Assembly: GCF_004010195.1 (NCBI RefSeq)
Contig: NC_057719.1
Location: 88,791,405 to 88,855,404, forward strand
DNA length: 64,000 nucleotides
Origin: Chiloscyllium plagiosum
Taxonomy: Eukaryota
Direction of reading: 5' to 3'
In this document: positions 62,401 to 64,000 of the stretch, in pieces
Numbering within the stretch: the stretch's first letter is position 1
How the letters are laid out: the number at the start of each line of letters is the position of its first letter
The notes under the pieces: generated by a model
Told to the model about the DNA's origin: nothing
What the model saw: the letters and a program-made list of their open reading frames with translations, nothing else
Databases searched by the model: none
Program-made: the position numbers and the translations under genes

Positions 62401-62905
62401 AGGTGAAGGCGAGCGCCCACTTTGCCCGAGCCTTAGGCAGAGCACCGCAGACTCAGAACTACTGCGTCGCTGCCATCTTGGATCTCCACTATATGCCTTC
62501 TTAACAATCTTATCAACCTGGGTGGCAACTTGTATTCCTGCTATTTCTTCCGAAGTGAACTACCTCACACTTCTCCGCATTAAACTCCATTTGCCACTTC
62601 TCAGCCCAGTTCTGCATCTTATCTATGTCCCTCTGTAACCCACAACATCTTTTGGCACTAACCACAACTCTGCCTACCTTAGTGTCATCCACAAATTTAC
62701 TAACCCATCCTTCTACATCCACATCAAGATAATTGCTAAAAATGACAAACAGCAGTGGCCCCAAAACAGATCCTTGTGGCATACCACTGGTAACTGAGCT
62801 TCAGATGCACATTTCCCATCAACCACCACCTAGTCAATTGGCTTTTTCACCTAGCCAATTTTTGATCCAAACCACTAAATCCCCTTAGATCATTATTTTG
62901 TGCAA
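56437..62905 (-). mobile_element. CR1 RT/3' fragment split by the L1
   Basis: PQGSVLGPLLF...SKFVDDTK (62782-62513) continues into LEYCVQFWSPHY...RRRLRGD (56985-56683). Confidence 0.88.
56993..62486 (-). mobile_element. Full-length but decayed L1-clade LINE (ORF1, spacer, APE-RT ORF2)
   Basis: 5' end GAGATCCAAGATGGCAGCG. ORF1 remnants at about 62314-61550. ORF2 starts MASHSLRWCTW...VALLQETHL, with RT motifs GKAPGPD, GCHQGCPLSPLLF and HADDILL and a C-terminal CPKC...HCLWTC. AATAAA and an A-rich tail lie near 57000. The 13-bp TSD cac(c/t)atatgcctt is at 56980-56992 and 62487-62499. Confidence 0.92.
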
Positions 62906-64000
62906 TAATGAGAGGAATTAGGAAAGAACTGGAGGAGCCAGAGTGCAGAGCAGGCAGCGTTAGCCAAAGGAAGGGGCAGCACCAAGCAGTGCTGAAGAGA
63001 TTCATGTTAAGGCTAAATGCACACTTGTTCTTCCTTATCATATTCACTTCTCCCTCAGCCTGCAACATTTTTATTTGAACCTCCTTCTATTTTCTCTTCG
63101 TCCCTTTTTTTTATATTTAAGATGACGTAAACACACATTTCTTTCTTTCCCATCACTGCAATCCAATTGTTGTCATTCCTCATTTGCATGAAGTGAAGCT
63201 GTACATACGGTCATTTGAAAAGGATAATGCAAATGCTGCAGGGCGAGGGGCATGACACCAGCTCTACTGCAGACAAGTCAAATGAGAACATTATCGGTCC
63301 AGGCTAAATAGACAAAAGTGAATGTCTGACACACTAGAAAGCTTGCCAGAAAGCCTGCATTCAACATCAAGAGCATTGAGCAGATCATCATCACTTGGCA
63401 CAGAGATTTGCTTAGAGATCAGATTCCATGCTTTTTAAAATGGAATGATGTTATGTTCAACATCAGGCCTGTGGAATGCACCATGAAGCAGCATCTGATG
63501 GATAAATCTCAATGGCTCAAACAACTTCCACCATAATTCAGAGTGGTGAAAACTCAGATTACTGCCATTTTCATTCCACCTTTCAAAAAGGCTTCCAATG
63601 TGTTACAACATCCTTATTTTGCAAAGCACATTTGAAAACCCTAAACAGAGTCAAGGTCCATCATCAAACACGACTGATGCTGAACAGCACAGTGATATTT
63701 GATCAGAAGACCAAAGGATTTGTTGAAAACCTATACATATTATGAAGGCCTCCCCCTTTCATCATCCTGTTCCCCACCCCACTCCCTCTTCCTCCTTCCC
63801 CCCAACTCCCTTCATCCTCTTGTCTCTCACAATCCCTTCTCTCCTGTCTCCCCCTCCCTCATCCTGTTGTCACACTTCAGTCCCTCCTTCCACCAATTCC
63901 CCCATCGTCCTCATCGTGCTGTCTCCTCCAAATCCTCCTTCCTCCTCTCCCAATCTGCTATCCCCTCCTCCTTCTTCCTCCTGTCCCTCCTCACAACCTT

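Noticed and set aside
62900..64000. Possible exon (acceptor near 63060, minus strand) and a terminal pyrimidine-rich tract
   Set aside because: No recognisable protein or matching donor. Low complexity and truncated by the window edge.
1..64000. Prokaryotic systems (CRISPR arrays, operons, retrons)
   Set aside because: No regularly spaced repeat-spacer array. All RT motifs belong to eukaryotic CR1, L1, L2 or Penelope elements.

Overview
Eukaryotic, very repeat-rich vertebrate DNA, almost certainly from a cartilaginous fish. HE1-type V-SINEs, shark-type CR1 LINEs and Penelope elements suggest a shark, but the species cannot be fixed from sequence alone. Most of the window is nested, decayed retroelements: many CR1 LINEs, an L2 fragment, Penelope-like elements carrying minimal hammerhead-ribozyme motifs, tRNA-derived SINEs, a Tc1/mariner-type MITE, a probable solo LTR, a full-length decayed L1 with target-site duplication (TSD), and a gag-pro-only endogenous retrovirus with both LTRs, a tRNA-Ser PBS and a PPT. 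Three phase-0 GT-AG exons of a CCDC9/CCDC9B-family host gene lie on the minus strand (34266-34376, 33502-33606, 18104-18244); the ORF track misses them. An intronless, disabled USO1 (p115) retrocopy without a poly(A) tail sits inside a CR1 ORF2 (about 44652-47802). Most ORFs in the supplied track are transposon fragments or spurious. Transposon boundaries without TSDs are approximate, and family and gene identifications come from motif recognition, not database searches.
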